A DNA stretch of 64,000 nucleotides, taken from the NCBI RefSeq assembly GCF_006345805.1, contig NC_043004.1, forward strand, positions 39,990,001 through 40,054,000. The letters are read 5' to 3'. The notes below the pieces were generated by a model. The model was not told the DNA's origin. It saw only the letters and a program-made list of their open reading frames with translations, and did not search any database. Source of the DNA: Octopus sinensis (Eukaryota). Positions 1 through 11,836 of this stretch are shown here, piece after piece (position 1 is the first letter of the stretch; the number at the start of each line of letters is the position of its first letter). The translations under genes and the position numbers were made by a program.

Positions 1-154
1 CAGTGTTGCACCTAAGATAATTATATACTTGTGGGATGATGTCAGCAACTGGGGAGCTGACCGGAAGGGGCAGCAGTGATGCGGGCGCAGCAAGGGCAGC
101 ATTCTGCCTTTTTGAGGCAGGTCACTGAGCGGGTAAGACGGCGTCAGCACGTTG

Positions 155-237
155 TTAAGGTTGGGAGAAGCAGCTGCTATATCTAGCGTTCGGGTCGGGC
201 TGTGTTGAAGGATCCATTACCGCTGAAGGGTCTCCAT
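155..237 (-). CDS. candidate terminal exon of minus-strand host gene
   Basis: Acceptor ttctctttgctcag| at 238-239 precedes a GC-richer unique block. Longest frame (phase 1) is xGDPSAVMDPSTQPDPNARYSSCFSQP*; phase 2 gives xWRPFSGNGSFNTARPER*. Confidence 0.4.
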
Positions 238-594
238 CTGAGCAAAGAGAAGGTAGGTGCCTTATTTCGAATCTCTCGCATACACCACAATACTATAGTC
301 ACAGATTAATCAAAACCTTTTGAGTGAATTTTTTTTGTAAATGGAAACTTTGCAGAATGCTGTTTGATGTTTATATGTATTTGTATTCCAAGCACGGAAA
401 AAAACAAACACACAAAAGATATGAAATTGGGTGTTTCATTAAGGGAACATCCAGTATGAGCAAATGAAGGAATTCCACAATTCCAGGATTACTCTGACTA
501 ACAATAGAAGGTAGCCTCTTCAAGATGTATCTTCCAGTTTACGGGCTCTTGCTGAGAGCAGGCTATTCACATGGGTCACACTTGCTATTATTGT

Positions 595-796
595 TCAGCA
601 AATTCTCAGGAGACAAGGACTTATCTTCCCAGCCTCACCTTTACCTCCAAGTGGAACTTGAAGAAGATTTGGACAAAGAAGTAAGTTGTCTCTCTTCAGT
701 CTTTTTCCAGGTTGCCAACCACAGAGTTCTGCAACTGATATATTTGACAGAAACCTTTGAGGTGGTAACCCAGTATGAATGCAATCCAATGACATA
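595..796 (-). CDS. candidate exon (internal or terminal)
   Basis: T-rich acceptor ttcattattcatttactag| at 797-798. Phase-2 frame MSLDCIHTGLPPQRFLSNISVAELCGWQPGKRLKRDNLLLCPNLLQVPLG...LLRIC*. Internal donors GAG|gtaaag (after 645) and AAG|gtgagg (after 639). Confidence 0.45.
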
Positions 797-1075
797 CTAG
801 TAAATGAATAATGAAATAAAAATGTACTATATACATCAGAAACAATAGTATCATCATCATCACCAACTACTATTGTTGCTGTTACCCACCCCCTCTCTCT
901 CTCAACAATGAAATGAGATAACATGAGTATCTGTTTTTCTATGTTGGAAAATGCTAAATGTTCTAAAGAGCTTGACATTTTCAAAATTCCTTTTGGTAAG
1001 ACTTCTAACAGAATCAGATGTCAATAACCAAGAATAAGAAGTGTGCGCAGGAGGCAAAGGCAGTTGTTTGGTTTC

Positions 1076-1164
1076 TCAATTGTGGAAAAGAAAAGACTGA
1101 TTACTGTTAAACGTCAACGGCAACCAACATAAGACAATATTTTTGCTGGAGGATTTACGAGAGA
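1076..1164 (-). CDS. candidate alternative terminal exon
   Basis: Long CT tract, branch-point-like tctaac, acceptor ctatcag|. Phase-1 frame xSRKSSSKNIVLCWLPLTFNSNQSFLFHN*. Confidence 0.3.
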
Positions 1165-1282
1165 CTGATAGACAGTTAGACTGACAGATTGACAAAAGAA
1201 GAGAAAGAGTGAGAGTGAAAGAAAAATGAAAACAATGAGAAACAGAGACATTGATATTCTTCGTTTGTTTCTTAGGAAACAT

Positions 1283-1464
1283 CTAACTCTTTAGCATTCA
1301 GATTACTCAGTCAAATTTCAAACTTTGATATTGTAATGATGTGATTGTATAGTTTTAGAATGACATTGTAGGGTAGGTGCAAGAGGCCAGGTTTGGACAG
1401 TTTGAGCATAAAACAGGTGGAACATTTGAGCTGGATATGGCCGTTTTAAATGCTAAAGGGTTAA
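1283..1464. mobile_element. piggyBac-like MITE (family P1)
   Basis: Termini (c)taa-ctctttagcatt ... aatgctaaaggg-ttaa; homologous, in inverted orientation, to 14985-15213. Confidence 0.7.
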
Positions 1465-1529
1465 TGTGATCTAATGGCCAAACACAGCAGATGAGTATTA
1501 GTTTACAAAAACTAACTACAAGTGGAGAA

Positions 1530-1795
1530 ATTTATGTACCTCAGGGTTAGATTTATTTATGACTGATGAGAAGCAGGAGGCTAAATTGGATGCTCAAACA
1601 GCAGGTGCTGGCACAGTAATGTGCCAGCCCTAGCATTTGATTCTCAGAAGCAAAGATGCTGGTAAAAAAAGCCAAGCTTGCCACCTTCAGTTCAATTTTG
1701 AAACCTATTCTCAGATATGGTCCTGAATGTTAGGTAATCACTGAAAGAATATGATCACAAATACAAGCAGCAAAAATGGGGTTCATCCAGAGAAT
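1530..1795 (+). mobile_element. RTE-clade LINE reverse-transcriptase fragment (degenerate)
   Basis: Broken translation ...KAKLATFSSILKPILRYGPEC*...SQIQAAKMGFIQR resembles the RTE L.YG.E.W...Q..EM.F.R motif. Confidence 0.55.
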
Positions 1796-2749
1796 CATCA
1801 TCATCATCATCATCATCGCTTAACGTCCATCTTCCACGCATGCATTGTAGGACAGTTGATAGGAACTGGCCAGATAGAAAATCTACCCGAGACTACTGTG
1901 TCTGTTTTGACAGGGATTTTATGGCTGGATGCCCTTCCTAACACCAACCACTCTGCAAAGTGAACTCTGTACTTCTTACGTGACACAAGCACAGACAAAG
2001 TTAGTTTCGACAAGATTTTTACAGCTGGATGCCCTTCCAGATGCCAACCACATTACAGTGTGGACTGGATGCTTTCAACATGGAATCAGCACTGGCAGGG
2101 TAACCAAGTAACTCACAAAACAAGGAATTATGAGAGGGGCAGGGGCATTTTGTGTCAGAGGATGAAAGTTAGAGTGTGACAAAGAGACAGAAGTAGGTGT
2201 CTTGCCACAACAGAGGTGGCATTAGAGGAGGTGATCCAGTATCAAATGATGAAAGGTTAGAATGAAACAGAGAAATAGAGAAGCAGAAATAGGTGTCTTG
2301 CTATAGAGAAGGTACATGGTTACCCAGTGAGAGAGAGAGAGAGTTGGGTACAGAAAGAGGCCAGAAACAAGTGTGCTGATGTAAAGGTGACACTTGGTTA
2401 CCTAGTCAGAGGAAAAACAAGAGAAGGAGAGAGAGAGAGAGAGAGAGTGAGTGACCAAAGGGAAAGAGAGAGAGAGTAGGAAACAGCAAAAGTGTAAGAG
2501 AGAGAGCAGAAAAGAGATGGTGTAGTGCTAGGGTATACTCACAAGTAACAAGAATATGGAAGTAGAACCTGGTTAGAAAAATAGGGTGTGGGTGAGCACA
2601 GCAGTAAGGGCAAGAAAGGGGATGGGAAAATAATCATAATGTATGAGGAGGAAATGTGACGAAGAGAAAGATGCAATTAGATGAGTTGTAGTTTGATTTC
2701 TTAGAGTAGAGTGGGCGAAAAGTGTGTTGTTACATGTGGCACACTAAGA

Positions 2750-3138
2750 CATTATTTTGCCAAACATCTTGGTCTACTGTCATTTTCTCTGTAAGCCCCA
2801 ACATCCGAAGATCAGTCCTCACCACTTCATCCCTTTTTTTTCCTGAGTCTCTCTCTTCCACAGGTACCATCCACTTTCAGTGACAAGCACTTCTGTATAC
2901 AGCTGTCTTCAATCATACACATCACGTGTCCAAACCAATGTCTTATCCTGCATACCACATTTAATCCCTCTTATGCTTAACTTTCCTTTCAACACAGTTG
3001 TGCTTTGTTGGTTGTGCACACTGATGTTGTAATACAACAGAGCATACTACCTTCATTCCTCTCCAGCCTACGCATATCCTCTGCAGTCAGAGCCCATGTT
3101 TCACTACCACATAACATAGCTGTTCTCACACAAGCATC

Positions 3139-3169
<31 letters not shown>

Positions 3170-3595
3170 AATTATTGTATACAGAGCTCAGATGCACCAC
3201 AACTTGTCAGAAAGTGCGTATATAGTGTATGCAGTAATGTACAAATGTCTGGAAAGCGAACAGTGTATGAGTCAGATACATGCTTGCCTGTGTATGGAGG
3301 GGAGAAAATCAAGTATAGTGTTGGTGAATCTCAGGAAGCATGGAAGTTTTGAAAGATGCATTGCTCCGACAACTAACAACTGATGCCAGCAGTTTGTTCC
3401 ATGCTTCAGCAACTCTCAGTGTGAAAAAATGTTTCTGAAAGTCATGGGAGCTGTGTTGTTTTCTGACTTTGTAAACATGTCCACGGGTGTTAGACGGGTA
3501 GAGATTGAAAACCTACCTTTCACTCTGAAAGAGAGTCCTTTTGGTGCCAACAGAGGTAGTAGTTCTTTGAACTTCCTCCACCCTATTCTTATTCT
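2750..3595 (-). mobile_element. RTE LINE 3' fragment, interrupted by a CR1 insertion
   Basis: Minus-strand translations RIGWRKFKELLPLL..KGLSFRVKGR (3510-3595) and HWFGHVM...GTCGR...EVVRTDLRMLGL (2760-2940), typical RTE C-terminal motifs. Confidence 0.75.
3139..3510 (-). mobile_element. CR1-like LINE 3' end with (ATT)n tail
   Basis: FTLRVAEAWNKLLASVV...SFKTSM resembles the CR1 FS.RVV..WN.LP..VV motif; followed by 3' UTR and (ATT)n tail; nested in the RTE fragment. Confidence 0.7.
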
Positions 3596-4179
3596 AGAAA
3601 CAAGAATAATGTTACACAACATAACCTGATGGAATTTGAACCTAGAACACGAAGGCAAATGAAATACTGCTGTTTTGTCTGGTATGCAAACGATTCTGCC
3701 AACTCACTGCAAGAAGAAGAGCAGTAGCAGCAGCAACAACAACAACAATAACAGCAACAGTAACAAAAAAAAAGATGAAAGGCAAAGTGAACCTCAATAA
3801 AATTTGAACTCTGAACATAAAGCCGGACAGAATGCTGCTAAGCATTTTGGCCAAACAACAACAACAACAACAATAACAATGATAATAATAATAATAATCC
3901 TTACTACTAAAGGAGGCAAAAGGCCACAAATTTGTGGGGAGGGGACTGTCAATTACATTGACTCCAGTGTTTCACTGGTACTTAATTTATCAACTTCGAA
4001 AGGATGAATGGCAAAGTCAACCTGGGTGGAATTTGAACTCAGAACATGAAAAATGAAATGCCACTAAGCATTTTGACCAAATAACAACAACAACAGCAAT
4101 AATAATAATGATGATAATAATAATAATAATAAGAAGAAGAATTATAATAATAATAATGATAATAATAATGGCTTCTTTT

Positions 4180-4900
4180 TATTTCCCATGTGGGCAATGA
4201 ATAAGACATTCCAATGACAAATTACAAAAAACGGTGGGCAGAGGCAGGATGGGGGTGTGGGGCTTGGAACTGATTATGGAAACAGAGGAACGCAAAAAAG
4301 GTATGAAATGAGACACCTCAATAGGATTACTGCCACTAAGTGCCAATTAAAGAATCCTAAGATCCAGGATGGCTCAGATTATTAAGAAAAAATACCCTGT
4401 CCCATCTGTACTTTCTGGCCTACAAGCTCTTGCTAAAAGTAGTCCACTCAGACAGGAGACACTTGTAACTTCCACCCTTTTTTCAGTAAATTTACTGGAG
4501 ACCAGTACATTCAGCTGTTTTTCTCTCCCTCCCCACCTTTATCTTTATCTCTAAATGTAATTTCCAGGCACCAAAGAAAGTTTGGTCACCGAGGGAAAAA
4601 GCTTGCCTTCAGTCATTCCAAGCTTATCAAACATAAGGCCACTTTCACCATAGCCACCAGACAGATGAAAACTGCTTGCTCTTCCAGGTCAAACGAACTT
4701 GGCAGGTCAATCTTTGTAATGGACTAGACTGATAGACAGATTTGTCTGTCCTACATGAGACAGCAGATGTTCGATATAAATCCACGAGTAAGCAATGTTC
4801 AGATGCTTAAGGCATGCATGCAGAATGGTTTCAACACCCATGTGAATCTCTGACAAGCCTGGCTAACAGTGCTAATCTGCCAGTAGAATTTATCCAAAGC
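4180..4900 (-). mobile_element. degenerate Tx1/L1-like LINE 3' fragment
   Basis: ETILHACL...WIYIEHLLSHVG and FDLEEQAVFICLVA resemble the region after the zf-RVT motif of L1/Tx1 ORF2. Boundaries approximate. Confidence 0.4.
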
Positions 4901-4984
4901 CAGTAATCCCGTATTACAGTACTACTGATCTTAAGGACTTCAAGAAGCTATCCATAGTCCATGTTTGGAAAACTGAACACTTAC

Positions 4985-5006
4985 TCAATGAGATTAGGGA
5001 GAAAAA
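4985..5006 (-). CDS. candidate 22-nt microexon (3n+1)
   Basis: (CT)n-atccttttcttcaag|TTTTTCTCCCTAATCTCATTGA|gtaagt. The AAG acceptor is suboptimal. Confidence 0.3.
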
Positions 5007-5019
5007 CTTGAAGAAAAGG

Positions 5020-5055
<36 letters not shown>

Positions 5056-5654
5056 CAGAGGGGTGGGTGGGATAGAGAGAGAGATACAGAGAAGAGAGGA
5101 AAGCAAGAAATGAAACTAAATGACAAGTGAATGAGAAAACAAAAGAAGCCACCAATTCCACATTTAATAAGGATCTTCAACATTTTAAACACTCGATTTC
5201 CATTTTCATCATGAATTTTGTAGTATTTCTAAATCATAGCAATCTCTAATTGCCTTCTTTTACATTCCATTCATTCTAGATTTACAAGTACTTAAATAAA
5301 TGGAATCCAATGGCATAGAAACATGCACATTCAATGAAAGAATTTTCTTCTTATTATTATTATCATCGTTATTATTATCATTATGTAGTAATTATAAATA
5401 TGGTTATTTTTTTTTACCTTCAATTTGCTTCATGATCTCTCTTTGTTCACCTATCATAGCAATTTTAAACATACTTGTGAGTTCATTTCATTTTGGCAGA
5501 GTTAACTATACATGTGTTGTGCCTACAACAATATTAACATCTCAAAAATGTTTTTATCCTTCAGAAATTCATTCCTAGTCTGATTTTTCCCTTCAAATTG
5601 AACACTGACTATATCTTTACCTCACACGGCAAACATATACATATATATAAAGTT

Positions 5655-5854
5655 AATCCAAACATGAAAACACAAAGAGGAAACACAACAACGCGAGGAC
5701 ATGGAACAAATATAGTATTACTGGACGCTCAGGAAGGGAAGAAGGAGGGTTTAACGTTTCAAGCGGAGCTCTTCGGCGGAAACATAGGAGAAGGAAAGAT
5801 CCAGAGAAGGGAAGACAGAGGGAAAAAAATCGGTACACACGCGGTCACATTTTG

Positions 5855-5855
<1 letters not shown>
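5655..5855 (-). mobile_element. Penelope-like element fragment with degenerate minimal hammerhead
   Basis: Abuts (TA)n tracts. Minus strand at about 5748-5783 reads gttt-CCGCCGA-agagc tcc gctt-GAAACGTT-aaac, with 2 core mismatches to CUGANGA. Confidence 0.5.
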
Positions 5856-5930
<75 letters not shown>

Positions 5931-5939
5931 GTGTGTGTG

Positions 5940-6392
5940 TAAACTTTCCCTATATTTTAATTTAGAGATAGTATACCCCTACTTCTCACCAAATAAAGAA
6001 GAATTTTTATTTTTATTTTAAATACCTACTGTTTTATTCCTTGGCTACACGTGTTTGCACATATTTATGGGATTTCAAATTTAAAATATAGTTTATTGTA
6101 TTGAACGTTGATAAAGTTATAAGGGCCTGATGATTGGGGTGGCATCTTGAGAGGGGTTCCAGGGAAACACGGAGTGGTTTAGGAACCCGAGGATGTACCT
6201 CATGAAACACGTGTAGCCAAGGTATAAAACAGTAGGTATTTAAAATGAAAATAAAAATTCTTTTTTATTTGGTGAGATGGAGGGGTATACTATCTCTAAA
6301 TTAAAATATATTTCTTTATTGAAAATAATTTGGACCTCTGTTATGCCGGAATTGTTATTCCCTAAAAAATAATATTTAAACTTTCCCTATAT
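5940..6392 (+). mobile_element. Penelope-like pLTR-derived element with ~105-bp inverted arms
   Basis: 5951-6056 is an inverted copy of 6205-6310; 16-bp direct repeat taaactttccctatat at 5940-5955 and 6377-6392; lies between microsatellites; contains a hammerhead. Confidence 0.65.
6124..6218 (+). ncRNA. type I hammerhead ribozyme (Penelope-type, palindromic stem III)
   Basis: Stem I ggc/gcc; CTGATGA 6127-6133; long stem II (tggggt/acctca, gcatctt/aggatgt, gggttcc/ggaaccc); GAAA 6204-6207; self-complementary ACACGTGT; GUA cleavage triplet ending at 6215. Confidence 0.75.
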
Positions 6393-6640
6393 ATATATAT
6401 ATATACAAAATAAGAAAATGGAGGAATAGATCCCTTTCAATCTATAACTCCATTTTCTTATTTTGTATTATGAATTTGAGGTAAAACATTTTACCTTCGC
6501 CCATATAATACAATAAATGAACTAATTGCATTGCAATTGTAACCATTTATGTATTAGCCTTTTGGGTATCTTACTGGCAGTATATTGGATAAATGATATC
6601 CCATAGTGGGTTACACTCATAACTCCTATCTCACTTTGTA

Positions 6641-6675
<35 letters not shown>

Positions 6676-7067
6676 ATTTCAATCATCACTAAGTGTGACC
6701 TGGGATGCCAGAGCACCTACACTGGTAGAAATAAGAGTTAAAATACTCTTACTGCTGTAGGAAGAGCACAGAATGTACACAACAAGCTGACAGGGGAGGC
6801 AACCACCCTACGACTGCTTCGGGGATCCCCAGACTAGATCTAGTTTAAACTATGACTGTAGACATCGCCAGTGAGGAGTGCTTGAACAGTTCATGACAGG
6901 CTAATTGCTTCTGGCAGAATATGTGTACTTACCATCAAAATTTATGGATGACTTAGTGAAATGCAAATGCATATACTAATACTTAATGGAGATCTTCGAA
7001 GCGGTCATGGGATATCATTTTGCACCTGGCTGTTTATATTAATTTTAAGTATGTATATGTATATATA

Positions 7068-7107
<40 letters not shown>

Positions 7108-7115
7108 TTCACAAC

Positions 7116-7490
7116 AATGTGGTCCCAGGTTCAATCCCACTGTGTTGTACCTTGGGCAAGTGTTTTCTATTATAGCTTCGGGCTGACCAAAGCCTTGTGA
7201 GTGGATTTGGTACAAGGAAACTGAAAGAAGCTCATCATATATATACATATATGTATCTATGTGTGTGTGTCTGTGTTTGTCCCCCCTCCCCATCACCACT
7301 TGGCAACCAGTGCTGGTGTGTTTACGTCCCTATAACTTAGCATTTTGGCTATAGAGACCAATAGAATAAGTACCAGGCTTAAAAAAAATATAAGTACTAT
7401 GGTTGATTCATTCAACTAAAAATTCAAGGTGGCGTGCCCCAGCAAGACCGCAGTCCAATGACAGAAACAAGTAAAAGATAAAAGATAACC
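7116..7490 (+). mobile_element. tRNA-derived SINE family A, 5'-truncated
   Basis: Aligns by eye to 14518-14920; another decayed copy at about 7720-8108. Confidence 0.75.
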
Positions 7491-8299
7491 CCCCACACAC
7501 ACACACGCAGATGCAGACATGGCTGTGTGGCTAAAGAGTTTGCTTCCAATAAGAATGCATACTGGTTACTGTTACAGAACAATGACAAATAATTATAAAT
7601 GTGCTGAACTTCTTGTTAGGAGAAAGTATTGAGGAAATTCCTCCAGATACACTGTAATACAGTGATACAGTTACAGCCATATAGGTCTATACATGGACAA
7701 GTGCTTAAGGAGTTTTAATTACAGTCACAAGCTTCTGGGTTAGCTCTAGCAGTAAAACACCTTGAGCAAGTACCTTCTAAATTAGCCTTGACTTAAGCCT
7801 TGCAAGTGAAATTTAGAAGACAGAAACTGTGTTGGAACCCATGGGATAGAGTACAACAGAGGAAACTGAAAGAAGCCCATTATATATATACATATATGTA
7901 TCTATGTGTGTGTGTCTGTATTTGTCCCCGCATCACCACTTGGCAACCGGTGCTGGTGTGTTTACATCCCCATAACTTAGCATTTTGGCTATAGAGACCA
8001 ATAGAATAAGTACCAGGCTTCCAAAGAATAAGTCCTGGGGTCGATTTGCACGACTAAAGGCGGTGCTCCAGCATGGCCACAGTCAAATGACTGAAACAAG
8101 TAAAGAGTAATAATCCATAAAAGATAATGTATATAAATTTACCCAACCCCACAATATGTCAAGAAAATAAATTAGTAAATAAATAAATAAAAACTACCAT
8201 TTAAAATAAAAGAATAATTAAATGTTGTAAACAGCAACTTTAGTTTTAATTTCATTCCATGAGCATACATGTATGTTTATCAAATTAAAGAGAACCTAC

Positions 8300-8305
8300 T
8301 CTGTC
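8300..8305 (-). CDS. candidate 6-nt microexon (symmetric)
   Basis: ctgac-ttttctcacacacattatcttag|GACAGA|gtaggt. Confidence 0.3.
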
Positions 8306-8691
8306 CTAAGATAATGTGTGTGAGAAAAGTCAGTTTAGAAAAAGATCATTCTTATCATACTGCTTAGTATTGTGCCATATCAATTCATGGTATGCATTAA
8401 CAGTTATGTGGACTAGACCATCTGATAGTCGAGTGTCTTGGCCAGTTCTAGGATAACTGACCGATAGACAATTGTCCTCCAACTCAATAATTATAGGTCA
8501 ATGTTGTAACGTAGGTTGGGCAATTGTCCCAATACCTCTATGATCACAACACAAGACTAATAATAAGATACAACTTGTTGGCTATTCATTCAGAAATTTA
8601 ATCACATTACTGGTTTTCCCAGCTGGTCTTCTCTTTACTGACCACATCAAACCAATAGACATCTAATTCAGTCGAAACTGAAGGTGGGGAA

Positions 8692-9170
8692 TCATCATCA
8701 TCATTTAGTGTCCGCTTTCCATGCTAGCATGGGTTGGACGGTTCGACTGGGGTCTGGGAAGCCAGAAGGCTGCACCAGGCCCAGTCTGATCTGGCAATGT
8801 TTCTATGGCTGGATGTCCTTCCTAACGCCAACCACTCCGTGAGTGTAGTGGGTGCTTTTTATGTGCCACCGGCACAGGTGCCAGACGGGGCTGGCAAATG
8901 GCCATGGTTGGGTGGTGCTTTTTACGTGCCACCGGCACGGGGGCCAGGCGAGGCTGGCAACGGCCACGATCGGATGGTGCTTTTTACGTGTCACCAGCAC
9001 AGGTGCCAGGCCAGGCTGGCAACGGTCACGGTCGGATGGTGCTTTTTATGTGCCACTGGCACGGGGGCCAGGTGAGGCTGGCAACGGCCACGATCGGATG
9101 GTGCTTTTTACGTGTTACCAGCACGGAGGCCCGTCAGGGTGGCACTGGCAACGGCCATGTTCGGATGGTT
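8692..9170 (-). mobile_element. SINE-like family B ((GAT)n tail) with internal ~62-bp tandem units
   Basis: (CAT)n tail, conserved ggatg(c/t)ccttcctaacgccaaccac core, repeated ggtgctttttacgtgccacc motif. Confidence 0.85.
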
Positions 9171-9178
9171 AGATGAAT

Positions 9179-9491
9179 CAGTGGTTCTCAACCAGGGTCC
9201 GTATAAGATTTTAGGGTTTCACACAGCAAAATAGTAAAATGGGGATCCACAATAGTATTTTAAGGGCCACTGAAAAAATTTTGCTTCAGATGTATTGGTA
9301 TGTATTGCAAGAAACTGCTCGGTTTCTCTAACGTTTTACATAGTTCAACCTACACATGTGGGAAAAATAAAAGAGTAATTTTGAAAGAAGTTTCTATAAA
9401 ACTAGTTTTAAAACATCAAATGGCCATGGGGGTCCACCAGAGTAAAATAATCGAAGGGGTCCATAGATAAAAAAAGGGTTGACAACCCTTG
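9179..9491. mobile_element. hAT-type (Charlie-like) MITE
   Basis: TIRs cagtggttctcaacc / ggttgacaacccttg; inverted sister copy at about 40608-40975. Confidence 0.65.
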
Positions 9492-10425
9492 CTCTACATG
9501 GTTGCATGACCTGCTAGCAATAGCAGCCGCAACTTGTCTTTCTACAAGATCATTTTAACTTATTGCCTACTGTCTTGAAAAGAAAAACCTATTTGGTAAT
9601 GTAATCATGGATATACATAGATATGCAACAGGAGAGAGGATAATCAAGGCTGGATCACCTTTAATCAAAGATCTGCTTACAAAATCTACAATTACAAAGT
9701 TTTTCACCACTAAACCCCATCTTAAGAGATGAAAAGGTTTATTTTTTTTCAGTTCATTTTTGCACTATTTTGCACTAGATTTCGATTGGTTTGATCTTCG
9801 ATTGTCATCAAAGTTCTCATATTCTGATAGACTTAAGTATTACCTGAGGGTTGTAAACTTATCCACCAGACTATTGACACTCAAACATGTACATATTAGG
9901 TAATGTAAATATGTCCTGGATTTAACAGACCAGATGACAATCAGATCAGATATGAAGACAAACAAAACACTGCAAATGTAAATACTATGTGACAGCATGT
10001 AGGCAGGTGTTTAAACCTTAAAAGAAAGGAAAAAAACAACCTTTCCACAAACCAGGGGTTGTCTTAACCGTTATGTATATAAACCAACAATATCTGGCCC
10101 AAAGAAGCTACCTGTTTTATGTTTAAATCAACCAGATCTGGTCTGCCAGCATCCTATCCTAGAGTGTCATTCTAAAAGTAAACAGCCACATCTTGAAGTC
10201 TTGAAGCTACAAGGTAATGCATGTTTAATTCAAAACAATGCGAATATATACAAATTGCTTTTGACAGAGTAACCTGAATGGTTAAATGCCATGTATAATA
10301 TCTTAGCCTCAACACTCTGAAGTTCAGAATGTTGCAATCATCATGGAGAATAACAGTGTAGAACACGCTTATATCTACTACAGGCCTTCCACACAGGAAT
10401 TATTTAGGTTTCAACGGAAACTTAC

Positions 10426-10441
10426 AGGTGTGTCTGGGAAG
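10426..10441 (-). CDS. candidate 16-nt microexon (3n+1)
   Basis: taatctttatcatttcag|CTTCCCAGACACACCT|gtaagt; both splice sites near consensus; no stop in any frame. Confidence 0.5.
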
Positions 10442-11214
10442 CTGAAATGATAAAGATTATTATACGTCTAACAACACACTTTAAAATAACAGCACAGCAA
10501 ACCATAGTTGAACCACATTAGCTGCCATTTGCAACAGCTGACATGCATCGGTATATGTTTAGCCCTCCCACATGATGACTGAGCAAATTCATAAAAATTT
10601 TAAGTGGAGAATATGGAGGTCATGCTGTATACGGAATTGTGTTATACACCATCTTAAAATATATTTCCCTCTCTCTCTTTCGGAGAGGCACTGAGCAGCT
10701 ATACGCACACATACACACACGGCAGTAACTTCCACCTACCGAATTCAATCACAAAGCTCCGGTCAGCTCGGGGCTATAGTGGAAGACACCTACCCAAAGT
10801 GCCACGCAGTGGGACTGAACCTGAAACCATGTAGCTAGGAAGCAAGCTCCCTAACCACACAGCCATGCCATATTAGAAAAAAGCAATTATACAATGAAGT
10901 TAGTCCTTGATATATGAAATGAACATCGAAGAAAGGCCTTTGATTATAGGTCCACTTAATCAGAGCTGACCTGGGGTTTAACAACAACATCAAAAAAATA
11001 TTGTCTACTAAGGTTTGGACATAATAAGAAGCATAAAAAATATATTCCCTTAAATTTTTCAGGTAACATTCTCTAAGGATCTAATCCCTCCTCAGAGGTC
11101 ATGTAGAATACAGTGCATTACCCAAATGCAAAAAAAATACAGAATTAAATTCATAATTCAGTCAATAGTTTATTATTATAATCTATTTAGCCAGTTTGTT
11201 ATGATTGTTATATA

Positions 11215-11836
11215 TATTCTTTTACTGGTTTCAGTCATTAGACTGCAGCCATGCTGGGACACCGCCTTGAATTTTTAGTTGAATGAATCAACCATAGTAC
11301 TTATATTTTTTTAAAGCCTAGTACTTATTCTATCAGTTACTTTTGCCAAATTGCTTAGTTACAGGGACCTGGACACGCCAGCACCAGTTGTTGAGCAGCC
11401 GTGGGGAGACAAACACAGACACAGACACACACACACATATATATATATAATATATATATATATATATCTTTTACTCTTTTACTTGTTTCAGTCATGTGAC
11501 TGTGGCCATGCTGGAGCACCGCCTTTAGTCGATCAAATCGACCCCAGGACTTACTTTATAGGTCCCTTTTTTACGAACCGCTAAGTTACGGGGACGTAAA
11601 CACACCAGCATCGGTCATCAAGCGACGCTGGGGGGACAAACACAGACACACAAACACGCACATACATATATACGATGGGCTTCTTTCAGTTTCCGTCTAC
11701 CAAATCCACTCACAAGGCTTTAGTCGGCCCGAGGCTATAGTAGAAGACACTTGCCCAAGGTGCCATGCAGTGGGAATGAACCCGGAACCATGTGGTTCGT
11801 AAGCAAGCTACTTACCACACAGCCACTCCTATGCCT
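11215..11836 (-). mobile_element. two nested or tandem SINE family A copies
   Basis: Reverse complement of 14518-14920; young full copy at 11467-11836 and an older 3' part at 11215-11460. Confidence 0.85.
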
